From an uncultured Lewinella sp. (lineage in GTDB: Bacteria; Bacteroidota; Bacteroidia; Chitinophagales; Saprospiraceae): a DNA stretch of 64,000 nt. The notes below the pieces were generated by a model. It ran no database searches, was not told the origin of the DNA, and saw nothing but the letters and a program-made list of their open reading frames with translations. Where the stretch lies: NCBI GenBank assembly GCA_913057725.1, contig CAJXOS010000006.1, positions 11,387 to 75,386 of the forward strand, read 5' to 3'. A program made the translations under genes and the position numbers. Positions 47,903 to 57,293 of the stretch are shown here, in pieces. Each line of letters begins with the position of its first letter. The first letter of the stretch is position 1.

Positions 47903-48145
47903 CTAGTAGCGCTTGGCTATTTCGTCAATGGCACGAGCCAAATCCCAGTCTTTTTCGGTTACAGTATTACCGGCATCGTGGGTGTTTAAGCTGAAGCTTA
48001 CTCGGTTGTAAACGTTTGTCCAGTTCGGGTGATGCCCTTGTGCTTCTGCGACAAAAGCCACCTCCGTCATAAAGGCGAAGGCCTGGGTGAAATTAGTGAA
48101 GGTAAATTCCGCTTGTAGTGTATTGTCTTTTTCCTGCCACATCAT
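47903..48145 (-). CDS. phhB: Pterin-4-alpha-carbinolamine dehydratase
   Basis: FTQAFAFMT, AEAQGHHPNWTNVYNRV, THDAG. Confidence 0.9.
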   Translation of the reverse strand: MMWQEKDNTLQAEFTFTNFTQAFAFMTEVAFVAEAQGHHPNWTNVYNRVSFSLNTHDAGNTVTEKDWDLARAIDEIAKRY

Positions 48146-48229
48146 TTGGAGGTTCTGGTTCTTCTTCCAAACAGTCTTGACCTAAAAGATGTTGAAAGAC
48201 TTTACTTTTGTGCAAAATTTCAATCCTAC

Positions 48230-48784
48230 ATGGCTCTTACGGAATCAAATATGCTGCCTTTGGGCACACAAGCTCCTTCCTTCAATCTTCCTGATACAGT
48301 AAGTGGGCGCAATCTCAACTTAGCTGATGTAACCGGCGAACATGGTACGGTAATCATGTTTTTGTGTAACCATTGTCCTTACGTAATTCATGTAAACGAC
48401 GAACTCGTCCGCATTGCCGCAGAATATCAAGCCAAAGGCCTTGGTTTTGTAGCTATCAGTTCAAATGATGTGGAAAACTACCCAATGGATAGCCCTGAGA
48501 AAATGACGGAGCATGCCAAAGCAGTGGGGTACAACTTCCCATACCTGTACGATGAAACGCAGGACGTAGCCAAAGCCTATGACGCTGCTTGTACGCCTGA
48601 CCTTTACGTCTTTGATGGTGCGCAAAACCTTTATTACCGAGGGCGCCTTGATGGTTCACGCCCAGGTAATGACTCGCCTCTCACTGGCGCAGATTTGCGT
48701 CAGGCCTTAAACGATATGCTCGCAGGAGAACCTATACCAAGCAAACAGTACCCAAGTGCTGGTTGTAACATCAAATGGAAATAA
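48230..48784 (+). CDS. Thioredoxin/AhpC-TSA family protein
   Basis: CNHCPYV, AACTPD, YRGRLD, GCNIKWK; ATG 48230 preceded by -7 element TACTTTTG. Confidence 0.9.
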   Translation: MALTESNMLPLGTQAPSFNLPDTVSGRNLNLADVTGEHGTVIMFLCNHCPYVIHVNDELVRIAAEYQAKGLGFVAISSNDVENYPMDSPEKMTEHAKAVGYNFPYLYDETQDVAKAYDAACTPDLYVFDGAQNLYYRGRLDGSRPGNDSPLTGADLRQALNDMLAGEPIPSKQYPSAGCNIKWK

Positions 48785-48912
48785 TTTAACGCAAATTAGC
48801 GGCAGTCATAGAGGTTCAGCACTGCTAACCACACACCAACTGCTGCTTAAGTAGGCCAACGTACTTAAGGACTTGGTCCTAACCACTTTGCGTCAAGTAT
48901 AATTCGCTATTT

Positions 48913-49326
48913 TTGCCCCTTGTGGAAAAGCTAGATACACCAACAGAGGAGTGGGAAATGAATTTCGAATGGTTACGCGTTCGTCATTTTCTGAAGGATC
49001 GGTTTCAGCGCGATACCCTGCCTGATCTTAATGGGATCCTATTCTTGATCGGCATTCAAGAGTTAGGACGCTGGAAAGAACGTTTCACCAAAGAGGAGAA
49101 ACAGGATTTGATGCATATTGCTACCTGCAGATTAATGAGCTATTACGGCTATTATGAATTTGCCGGTCGTGATGCGGATGGTTGGCCACATTGGGATCTA
49201 ATTCGAAAAATCCCGCCTAATAACCTCAAGGAACAAGAGGTTCTATTCAAACAGGCCATCATCCGTTACTTCAAAGAGTGGGAACAGGAAACGGCCGACA
49301 TCTCTGAAAACAAAAACGAAAACTAA
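48913..49326 (+). CDS. Conserved hypothetical Bacteroidota protein
   Basis: DLNGILFLIGIQELG, KEEKQDLMHIA, DADGWPHW. Confidence 0.8.
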   Translation: MPLVEKLDTPTEEWEMNFEWLRVRHFLKDRFQRDTLPDLNGILFLIGIQELGRWKERFTKEEKQDLMHIATCRLMSYYGYYEFAGRDADGWPHWDLIRKIPPNNLKEQEVLFKQAIIRYFKEWEQETADISENKNEN

Positions 49327-49967
49327 TGCTACAAAGAGTCTTTTTTGCCTTATTAATTCTGGCAACCCTAAGTGGTTGTGGCCCTAACGATGGTTACACT
49401 TACGCCTTGATCTCTACCGATTTTGGAGACATGAAGGTGAAGCTTTATAACAGCACACCACAGCACCGCGACAACTTCATTAAGCTAGCAAATGAAGGCT
49501 ACTACGACGGTACGCTCTTTCACCGGATCATTGAAGGTTTCATGCTTCAAGGTGGTGATCCCGACAGTCGTGGCGCTGCTCCTGGCGCTCCGCTAGGAAT
49601 GGGTGGCCCTGGATATTTGATTCCTGCTGAAATCGGAGCTTTGCACATGAAAGGTGCTTTGGCGGCAGCACGCACCAACAACCCAGAGAAGGCAAGCTCA
49701 GGCTCTCAATTCTATGTTGTACACGGCAAAACGGTTACGGACGCCGATCTTTTGGGTGCAGCGCAGCGAAATGGGCAAGCTTACACGGAAGCACAAATGG
49801 AACTCTACAAAGAATTGGGTGGAACCCCTCAGCTCGACTGGCAGTACACTGTTTTTGGCGAGGTTGTAGAAGGCTATGACGTAATTGATGCAATCGCTAA
49901 AGTTGCCACAGCTCCTGGCGACCGTCCTATTGAAGATGTGGCGATGACTGTTAAAATCTTGAACTAA
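49326..49967 (+). CDS. Cyclophilin-type peptidyl-prolyl isomerase (lipoprotein)
   Basis: LSGC lipobox; FHRIIEGFMLQGGD, SSGSQFY, YTVFGEV. Confidence 0.92.
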   Translation: MLQRVFFALLILATLSGCGPNDGYTYALISTDFGDMKVKLYNSTPQHRDNFIKLANEGYYDGTLFHRIIEGFMLQGGDPDSRGAAPGAPLGMGGPGYLIPAEIGALHMKGALAAARTNNPEKASSGSQFYVVHGKTVTDADLLGAAQRNGQAYTEAQMELYKELGGTPQLDWQYTVFGEVVEGYDVIDAIAKVATAPGDRPIEDVAMTVKILN

Positions 49968-50842
49968 TGCGAAAGGTCTTATATCTGGCACTCGCCCTCG
50001 TACTACTGAATGCCTGCTCTCGCCCTGCGGCTAACTTCCGGATGACGGAAGAAGCTCGCGCAGCTAAGTCTGTTACCTTCACAAATCAAACAGAGGAAGC
50101 AGAAACTTACCTATGGGATTTTGGTGATGGAGAAACATCTACAGAGCTATCACCGGATCACCGTTACATGAGCTCCGGCACCTACACGGTGAAGCTCACT
50201 GCTACTAATGCAAAAGGGAAGTCTGGCTCTAGAGAACAAGAAGTAACTGTTCTTCCTCCTGATCGTTGCCTGGTGATGATCCAAACTCCTATGGGAGACA
50301 TGTTGGCCGAAATCTTTGATCGCACTCCTTTGCACCAAGACAACTTTGTTAAACTTGTTGAGCAAGGCTATTATGATAGTCTTTTGTTCCACCGGGTCAT
50401 TGAAGGCTTTATGATTCAAGGTGGTGACCCCGACAGTAAAGGTGCATCACCTGGTGCCATGTTGGGTTCGGGTGGCCCTGGCTATACCATTAAAGCAGAG
50501 TTTGTAGATTCTTTGGCGCACGTAAAAGGTGCCCTAGCAGCTGCGCGTACGAATAACCCACAGAAGAGAAGCTCTGGCTCTCAATTCTACATCGTACAGG
50601 GTCGTGAGGTTAGTGATCAGGACTTAAACAACAAGGAAGGGCGCAATGGTTTTCGCTACCCTTCTTATCTCAGAGAAGAATATCTAGAAGCAGGAGGAAC
50701 CCCGTTTCTAGACCAAGAATACACTGTATTTGGTAAGGTGATTGAAGGACTTGATATCATCGACCAAATCGCAGCTACTAGAACGAACACCCAGAATCGC
50801 CCAAATGAAGATGTATGGATGATCATAAAGCTCATCCGTTAA
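49967..50842 (+). CDS. PKD-domain cyclophilin-type PPIase (lipoprotein)
   Basis: LNAC lipobox; WDFGDG PKD domain; FHRVIEGFMIQGGD. Confidence 0.92.
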   Translation: MRKVLYLALALVLLNACSRPAANFRMTEEARAAKSVTFTNQTEEAETYLWDFGDGETSTELSPDHRYMSSGTYTVKLTATNAKGKSGSREQEVTVLPPDRCLVMIQTPMGDMLAEIFDRTPLHQDNFVKLVEQGYYDSLLFHRVIEGFMIQGGDPDSKGASPGAMLGSGGPGYTIKAEFVDSLAHVKGALAAARTNNPQKRSSGSQFYIVQGREVSDQDLNNKEGRNGFRYPSYLREEYLEAGGTPFLDQEYTVFGKVIEGLDIIDQIAATRTNTQNRPNEDVWMIIKLIR

Positions 50843-50873
50843 TCATTACACACAAGACGCACTTATTATCAGG

Positions 50874-51641
50874 ATGAAAAAGGACAATATAATCCTTGGG
50901 GTAGATATTGGCGGAACCGGAATTAAAGGCGGGCTCATTGACATTACGAAGGGCGAAATGATCAGTGAACGCTATCGCTTAGCGACCCCAAAACCAGCAA
51001 CGCCTGAAGCAGTTGCTGAGACTTTTGCAGAACTAGTTGCCCATTTTAAGTGGGAAGGCCCCATTGGTGTAGGTTTTCCGGCAATTGTAAGCCACGGTGT
51101 TGCGCTATCTGCCGCGAATATTGACAAAAGCTGGGTAGGTACCAATATCGAAAAGCTACTTTCAAAAGCGTGTGGCTGCCACGTTCACGTATTAAATGAT
51201 GCAGATGCAGCAGGAGTAGCTTCTATGCACTACGGAGCTGGAAAAGGTGAGATGGGAGTTGTATTTATGCTCACTATCGGAACAGGTATTGGCTCTGCTC
51301 TATTTATGGATGGCACTTTGGTTCCAAACACTGAATTGGGCCATGTATTCCTTAAAGGTCAGGAGCAAGTAGCAGAAAAGATGGTCTCTAAGGCTGCCCG
51401 TAAAGCACAGGGCTTATCTTGGAAGGAATGGGGACCTCACTTCAATGAGTATCTCCTGCATTTGCAGCGCTTGTTCTCTCCAGACCTTGTAATTCTTGGT
51501 GGTGGTGGAAGCAAAAACTTTGATGAATTCAAAGATGCAATTACCACCAATTATCGCGTAAAGCCAGCTGGATTCCTAAACAAAGCTGGGTCGGTAGGAG
51601 CGGCATATTATGCCTGGGAAATGGAGCAAAAAGGAAACTAA
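50874..51641 (+). CDS. ppgK: Polyphosphate glucokinase (ROK family)
   Basis: DIGGTGIKG, TPKPATP, AANIDKSW, NDADAAG, LVPNTELGH. Confidence 0.88.
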   Translation: MKKDNIILGVDIGGTGIKGGLIDITKGEMISERYRLATPKPATPEAVAETFAELVAHFKWEGPIGVGFPAIVSHGVALSAANIDKSWVGTNIEKLLSKACGCHVHVLNDADAAGVASMHYGAGKGEMGVVFMLTIGTGIGSALFMDGTLVPNTELGHVFLKGQEQVAEKMVSKAARKAQGLSWKEWGPHFNEYLLHLQRLFSPDLVILGGGGSKNFDEFKDAITTNYRVKPAGFLNKAGSVGAAYYAWEMEQKGN

Positions 51642-53050
51642 AGGACTTCCTTACGGTAAATGTGAAGCAACGCATTCACGTCAGCGTCACCACGCAAAAG
51701 CGGATGCCACTCGAATAGATGGGCAAAAGCGTCAAAATGATACTCCAGTGTGTCGGACAGGCGGGCCAAGCCTTCCTGTCGACGCCCTGTAGCAAACAGG
51801 CAAGCTGCATAAGCATAGTCGACTTCGGGATGCTCTACTAGATCTCGAGCTTCACTCAAAACAACCAAGGCATCTTCAGGGCGAAGCATTTCAACTAAGA
51901 ACCACGCCAAATCCAACCAGCTGTCACTATTGTCTGGTGCTAAATCCAAGGCAGCATGGTAGGTCTGCTCTGCCAAATCAAAATCCTCCTTGGCAAACGC
52001 AGCTTCAGCTAATGCTCGGTGGTAGCTTTCATCATCAGCACGCATCCGAATGGCCTTTTGGAAAAAAGCAATGGCTAAAGACCACTTTTCCTGGGCAGCA
52101 TAACACTCTCCAATACGGAAGATCGCCTCATCATTGTGTGGCTCGATGCGAGCAGCTTCTTCTAATCGATGCCGTGCCGTTTCATGATGCCCAAGTCGAT
52201 GCAGACAGCTCCCAATACGTAAAAGCACATCACTATCCCTGCCAAAGCGCTCCATGGCTTCTTGATAAGCCTCAAGTGCTTCCTGAAAATGACCACTATC
52301 ATAATTGAGCTCCGCAAATTCAAGGTAAGCTTCCTCGAAATCAGGGTTACTTAAGAACGCATATTCATAGGCGTCTAAGGCTTCTTCTTCTCGGCGCAAA
52401 TGGGCTAAAGAATGCCCCAGATAAAACCACGCCAAGCTATTGTACGGATTCTCATCAATGATCTCCTGATACAAAATACTAGCCTCTTCGAATTTACGAC
52501 AAACGCCCATACATAAGAACAAGCGCTCCAATGCACGTTCATTACTATGATCAATTCGAATGGCCTCCTGAAGCGTATAGAATAGATCCTCATACTCAGA
52601 CGACTTCTCGTAAGCCAAAGCCTGCGTCAGGAGTAAATCACTCATCGACTCCCGATCGGCCTCCAACTTCAAGTCATCTAAAATATGCAAGCCACGCTCC
52701 ATGTCTCCTTGCTGAATATACGCTTGGGAGAGTAAGTGGCGCAGCTCAAAATCGGCTGGATTAAAAGTTAAACCTTCTTGTAGTAATTGCTTAGCCTCTC
52801 TAGCTCTATTGGTTCGCAAAAGAATTTGCGCTTGTCGACCGTAGAATTCTGCAGAAAACCGGTAATGACCGATCGCTAGCTCGGCAACATGAAGAGCTTT
52901 TTCGAACTGTTCCTCACTTTCGTAAAAGTCAATTAGATCATTATAACTTTCTGGATCCAGAAAGGAAGTCTCCCCGCTAGTTTCAAAGCTTGAAACTAGT
53001 TCCATTATCCGCGTATCCCAATTATCCTTTCCTCTGCGGTCCATAGTCAA
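51638..53050 (-). CDS. Tetratricopeptide repeat protein
   Basis: Many TPR units (AWFYLG, EAIFRIG, ALDLAPD); alternative ATG start at 53044. Confidence 0.88.
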   Translation of the reverse strand: MTMDRRGKDNWDTRIMELVSSFETSGETSFLDPESYNDLIDFYESEEQFEKALHVAELAIGHYRFSAEFYGRQAQILLRTNRAREAKQLLQEGLTFNPADFELRHLLSQAYIQQGDMERGLHILDDLKLEADRESMSDLLLTQALAYEKSSEYEDLFYTLQEAIRIDHSNERALERLFLCMGVCRKFEEASILYQEIIDENPYNSLAWFYLGHSLAHLRREEEALDAYEYAFLSNPDFEEAYLEFAELNYDSGHFQEALEAYQEAMERFGRDSDVLLRIGSCLHRLGHHETARHRLEEAARIEPHNDEAIFRIGECYAAQEKWSLAIAFFQKAIRMRADDESYHRALAEAAFAKEDFDLAEQTYHAALDLAPDNSDSWLDLAWFLVEMLRPEDALVVLSEARDLVEHPEVDYAYAACLFATGRRQEGLARLSDTLEYHFDAFAHLFEWHPLLRGDADVNALLHIYRKEVL

Positions 53051-53085
53051 TCATTCATCAATTCCTAAGCAGGAACAATACTATT

Positions 53086-53224
53086 GAAGGTCACTCAAGA
53101 TATCACGGCTTACAGGGGAGTATTACCTTATTGCTTCAAATCAGCACCGCAAATGGTACTTCCTTGAAAAGGATAAGGATTTAGGAATCCTTTTGTAGCC
53201 CGACTGATATAGTGAGATAGCTTC
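53086..53224. ncRNA. Candidate rod-like structured RNA (possibly 6S-like or a TPR-gene leader)
   Basis: Nested pairs GAAG/CTTC, TCACT/AGTGA, ATATCA/TGATAT, TACA/TGTA, CCTTAT/ATAAGG, TTCAA/TTGAA, ACC/GGT. Confidence 0.4.
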
Positions 53225-53406
53225 TTACCTCTTCTACGCAATTTAAGGGGGGCTTTGTTACAAAACAACTAAAAAAGCAGTGAATAATGATGTGAACGAC
53301 AGAGAGCCCAACAGAGACAAGGGAATAACAATAGATGGAAAGCGCAAAATACAGCCCTCAACACATACTTAAAAAGATGCATTTATAGCACTATAATTAC
53401 CAGCAA

Positions 53407-53847
53407 CTAACCACGAGTACCTCTTTGCTGGCGTTGACGCAACTGTCGTGGTAAATCACGACGAAATTCGCGTTCAGCCTGCGGAATCTTCACTAATTTT
53501 CTTGATGGAATTTTTTCTTGCAAACGCCGAAAATATTCCTTCTTAGCATCAAGCAAGTCCTGTTCTTTCTGGAAAAATCGCTGAACCAGGTCCTCTGCTT
53601 CTGCTTCAGACTGAGGCCGATTGCCGCGATTATTAAAGGACTCATTAATGGCTATTTTTTGCTCTTCATATTCATTATACAGAGTCCAGAAGTGTGCTGC
53701 TTCTTGACTACTCAGATTCAGACGCTGCGTTATGTAAGCGCCTCTTTGGGCGCGAATTTGATCATTCTCTTGGACATTCTGCCCACCTTGCGCTACCATG
53801 AAGCTCGGTAAAATAGCGAGCGACAGGAGCATGATTAATGCTTTCAT
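53407..53847 (-). CDS. Periplasmic 'sensor of ECF-type sigma factor'-like protein
   Basis: Signal peptide; YITQRLNLSSQEAAHFWTLYNEY motif; third gene of an ECF operon. Confidence 0.78.
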   Translation of the reverse strand: MKALIMLLSLAILPSFMVAQGGQNVQENDQIRAQRGAYITQRLNLSSQEAAHFWTLYNEYEEQKIAINESFNNRGNRPQSEAEAEDLVQRFFQKEQDLLDAKKEYFRRLQEKIPSRKLVKIPQAEREFRRDLPRQLRQRQQRGTRG

Positions 53848-53880
53848 TCTTGTGTTTTTGTATATCGTGGTGATTCTAAA

Positions 53881-54375
53881 TTAAAACCAGTCTTCCTCTG
53901 TTAAATCATCTATCCATTCTTCATCTGCTTCTAGGTATTCTTCCAATGCTTCTGTGCTGATCGCATCAGAAGGTTGTGGACTTACTACCTCATCAGAAGT
54001 TGTTTTTTCGCCAACAGAATTAGCCAACAAGTCTAAATCAAACTCCTCAATATTATCGGAGACGTATTGCTGCATATCCTCAGTCGGAATCGTATTCCAA
54101 TCCACCTCCGCAAATATGGGGGCTGGTTCGGTCGGTTCTGCTTGCCACCACCAATACCCAGCAGCCAAAACCAATACGGCAGCGGCAGCCCAACGCATAA
54201 TTACCATCCGGCTATACCGTGCTGTAGGGCGAGTAGCCGATTCCATTACTTGATCAGTTAACTGATCTAAGTATCCCGGTGGCATTTCCCAATCTGGAAC
54301 ACGACCGTGTCTGGCGTGAAGTTCGTTAGCGCCAAGGTCCTTGAGTTCTTCTCTTATTTTTTGTCTTTCGTCCAT
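53881..54375 (-). CDS. Putative anti-sigma factor (single TM)
   Basis: PPGYLDQL motif; RWAAAAVLVL TM; coupled to the sigma gene. Confidence 0.75.
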   Translation of the reverse strand: MDERQKIREELKDLGANELHARHGRVPDWEMPPGYLDQLTDQVMESATRPTARYSRMVIMRWAAAAVLVLAAGYWWWQAEPTEPAPIFAEVDWNTIPTEDMQQYVSDNIEEFDLDLLANSVGEKTTSDEVVSPQPSDAISTEALEEYLEADEEWIDDLTEEDWF

Positions 54376-54926
54376 TAGCCCTCGCTTAAGTACGATTCAA
54401 TTTTTTTTACTGCATGATGATAGCTCGCTTTCAATGCTCCAACCGAAGTAGTGAAAACATCTGCCATCTCTTGATAGCTTTTCTCTTCAAAATACCGCAT
54501 GCTAAACACCGCTTTCTGTTTAGGTGGCAGTTGCTCAATCGCCTGATCCAATCGGCGGCGAATAAGATCTCCGTCTACCTCCACTTCCGCTGCACGGGTT
54601 GCCGCAATTCCATTTTCTGCATCGTCCATAAATAAATGTCGCTGCCTTTTACGGCGCTCCAAGAATGTCAGAGACTCATTCGTTGCAATACGATACAGCC
54701 AGGTATATAGCTGGCTTTGACCTCTAAACCGATCAATACTCCGATATACTTTAACCAGCGTGTTCTGCAAAACATCATCTGTGTCTTCGTGACTATGCAC
54801 CATCCGGCGAATGTGCTGATATAGCCGATCGCCATAGGTTTGCACCAGCAACCGGAAGCCCCGCTCCCTTTGCGAAGGGTCGCGCAGCATGTTCAAAATC
54901 CGGGTATCCTGTTCAGCTGACTGCAA
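54375..54926 (-). CDS. ECF RNA polymerase sigma factor
   Basis: DTDDVLQNT, YTWLYRIATNE, LPPKQKAVF, GALKASYHHA. Confidence 0.92.
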   Translation of the reverse strand: MQSAEQDTRILNMLRDPSQRERGFRLLVQTYGDRLYQHIRRMVHSHEDTDDVLQNTLVKVYRSIDRFRGQSQLYTWLYRIATNESLTFLERRKRQRHLFMDDAENGIAATRAAEVEVDGDLIRRRLDQAIEQLPPKQKAVFSMRYFEEKSYQEMADVFTTSVGALKASYHHAVKKIESYLSEG

Positions 54927-55026
54927 AATCTGTTTACTATTGACGGATCGCCAGGTCTAGCAGTTATGGTCTTGCCACGCTTAGCATTGGCTCCGAACCG
55001 TTGGTTTCGGGGTATTAAATTATCCA

Positions 55027-55054
55027 TTTGACCCCTGGCAATAACAAAGGTTTA
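55027..55054 (-). promoter_or_regulatory. Putative ECF-type autoregulatory promoter
   Basis: Minus strand TAAACC-N16-GTCAAA about 100 nt upstream of the sigma gene. Confidence 0.45.
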
Positions 55055-55180
55055 ATTCCTCTGCAAATAAATGTACGAAACACATTATACGTTTTTTGAA
55101 CTTACAGGCGTTCAGAAAGCGTTTAGTTGAACATACAGTATCTTAGATTGACACCAACCGAAGACCCTCAATACATTTAT

Positions 55181-56935
55181 ATGAACATTCGTTCCTTACC
55201 ACTTGTCATGTTGGCTCTAGCATTTTCAATACTATTGCCAGCTCAAGATTATTACGCAGCCTTTGCCGGTGCATTTGTTAATGCCCGACCACAGGATTTT
55301 GAGGAAGCCCGCAACTTGGGATTCATCTACACACAAACGAACGCCGAACAACTCGAAGGAGTATTCGTGGGCCAATACCCTACACAGGATAAAGCCGCTA
55401 CTGCAGTTCAGGCGCTAAGAAACATGGGTTTCACCAATGCCCAGGTAGTAAGTGGCTACTATGGTGATGCTAGCGAGGTAGCCGTTATTCAGATTGCAAC
55501 CCGTTATTCCAACAAGACCATCAATTGGGACAACCTAGGCAAAGCAGGTCCACTTAATGTGCTGCTTGCTGACGGAAATATCAAAGTACTAACGGGCACC
55601 TTTGCCAGTATCAACGAGGCCAAAGCTGAATTACCAAGCGTACGAGCGATGGGCTTCAGCGACGCATTCGTAAAAATAGTCCGGCGTGGACAAATCCTTC
55701 CTGTCACGCCTATCGCTACAGGTATTAAGGAAGATCTCATTCCGCTACAATTAAATCAAAGCACCTCTACTCCAAATACCCCTTCCGGCGGTACAGTACA
55801 ACCAGAGTCTACCACTACTACTGTTCAGCCCACGATTGACACAAGGGGACCGTACGTACCTCGGCCCGAGACCAATGAACCAGATCGTACACCATCAAGC
55901 TTTGATTTACCTACCGTAAAAGCGGTGAATAGGCCAACCTCCCCTGCGGCACCAACTATTCGTGGAAATGTAAAACGTAGCTCAGTAACCGATTTACAAA
56001 GAGTACTTCAGGCAGAAGGCTTTTACAATAGCACTTTGGATGGCTTTTATGGAGGTGGCACCAGCACCGCCTACGAGCGGATGCTCAGTCAAGATCAGCG
56101 CATCCAGAAATATCGTGTCTTGATACCTTTCTACGCCAGTGCAGAAAACACCAGCGGCGATGTTTTCCAGCAAGCCATTGACGAGCTCCCTTACAATCCG
56201 AATGCTCCACTAGCCATAGAGCGTAATAACACACCTGCCGGAGAAGCGTACAAAGCATATCTGCTCTTTACCTCACTAGGGCCGAGTGCTCAAGTGAATC
56301 AACTTATGAACAGCGCCATCAAACGTGCTTATACCAATAGCGGTGTTAGTGCTAGCGTATTCAACTATCAAGCCACCTACGCTTATCAGGACTTGCAACA
56401 GTTGTTACTTCACTTGTTTTACGTTCATGCTTCACCCTCAAATAATTACACACTGCCTTGTTGGTTCAATGATCGTTACCCAAATGAAACGGCACAAGCG
56501 ATGCAGCAGATGGGTACCTATAGTAGTCAGATCGACCGCTCTAGCTGTTCTCCTTTCAGCCAATGGGAAGAAGTACAGTTACTCGAAACCATTGCCTACG
56601 ACATGAATCCCGAAGCCATCAGGCTCACCTCCGAAAGACAGGCAACTCAGAGCCTGCTCAGTGAGTTGGCTCTGAGCAACACTGCCATCGCTCCGGCACA
56701 AGCGACCCTCCTAGAGACCTGGCAAAACACCCTTTGGCGTAACCTAAACGGTTGGGCTAGTGGCAATGCCTACCTCCAGAATGTCGCTACCAGTTTACGT
56801 TTCGCCTATTTCCAGTCAGCAGTGCGCATGGAAGACTACTTCATGGATAAAGGGTTTAGTGCCGCACAAGCTCGGCCGCTCGCAATTGCTTGTTTACGGG
56901 CTATTGTTGAGGTCCCACTTGAGGATTTCGAGTAG
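55181..56935 (+). CDS. Exported protein with SPOR-like and peptidoglycan-binding domains
   Basis: Signal peptide; two SPOR-like repeats (LRNMGFTNA, VRAMGFSDAFV); P/T-rich linker; LQRVL..EGFY..LDGFYG..T PG-binding motif. Confidence 0.72.
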   Translation: MNIRSLPLVMLALAFSILLPAQDYYAAFAGAFVNARPQDFEEARNLGFIYTQTNAEQLEGVFVGQYPTQDKAATAVQALRNMGFTNAQVVSGYYGDASEVAVIQIATRYSNKTINWDNLGKAGPLNVLLADGNIKVLTGTFASINEAKAELPSVRAMGFSDAFVKIVRRGQILPVTPIATGIKEDLIPLQLNQSTSTPNTPSGGTVQPESTTTTVQPTIDTRGPYVPRPETNEPDRTPSSFDLPTVKAVNRPTSPAAPTIRGNVKRSSVTDLQRVLQAEGFYNSTLDGFYGGGTSTAYERMLSQDQRIQKYRVLIPFYASAENTSGDVFQQAIDELPYNPNAPLAIERNNTPAGEAYKAYLLFTSLGPSAQVNQLMNSAIKRAYTNSGVSASVFNYQATYAYQDLQQLLLHLFYVHASPSNNYTLPCWFNDRYPNETAQAMQQMGTYSSQIDRSSCSPFSQWEEVQLLETIAYDMNPEAIRLTSERQATQSLLSELALSNTAIAPAQATLLETWQNTLWRNLNGWASGNAYLQNVATSLRFAYFQSAVRMEDYFMDKGFSAAQARPLAIACLRAIVEVPLEDFE

Positions 56936-56961
56936 CAAAGAGTCGTCTTACAACCTTATCC

Positions 56962-57009
56962 TTTCAGCGGGCCTGTTTCGAGTATTTGAAGCAGGCCCGC
57001 TGAAATTTT
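56962..57009 (+). terminator. Intrinsic terminator
   Basis: TTTCAGCGGGCCTGTTTC/GAAGCAGGCCCGCTGAAA stem plus TTTT. Confidence 0.8.
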
Positions 57010-57018
57010 ATCCTACCA

Positions 57019-57051
57019 CTTGCTTTTTACCTATACTTTTACTTATCTTTG
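57019..57051 (+). promoter_or_regulatory. sigma-A promoter of the first porP/sprF cassette
   Basis: CTTG-N21-TATCTTTG. Confidence 0.55.
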
Positions 57052-57293
57052 AAAATCATAATATGTCTCGAACCGGGTATCCCATGAACGCCCATTGAGA
57101 AAGCTACCACCCGCTCACCATCCATCGCCCTATTACTTCCCCAGTTATAGGTGAGCATTACAACTTTAATGACATTGTTAGTTATCACGTGAAGTGTTTA
57201 TCGCTGTGCGATAATGCTGTCTAGCTGTTTTTTGCTAAAAATTAGCAAGGTGCAGGTAGCAGGTGTATAACTAGTCCCAAAAACAACTTCAAA

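Noticed and set aside
56760-57098. 112-aa ORF overlapping the end of the SPOR gene
   Set aside because: Runs through a strong terminator hairpin and the next promoter; likely spurious.
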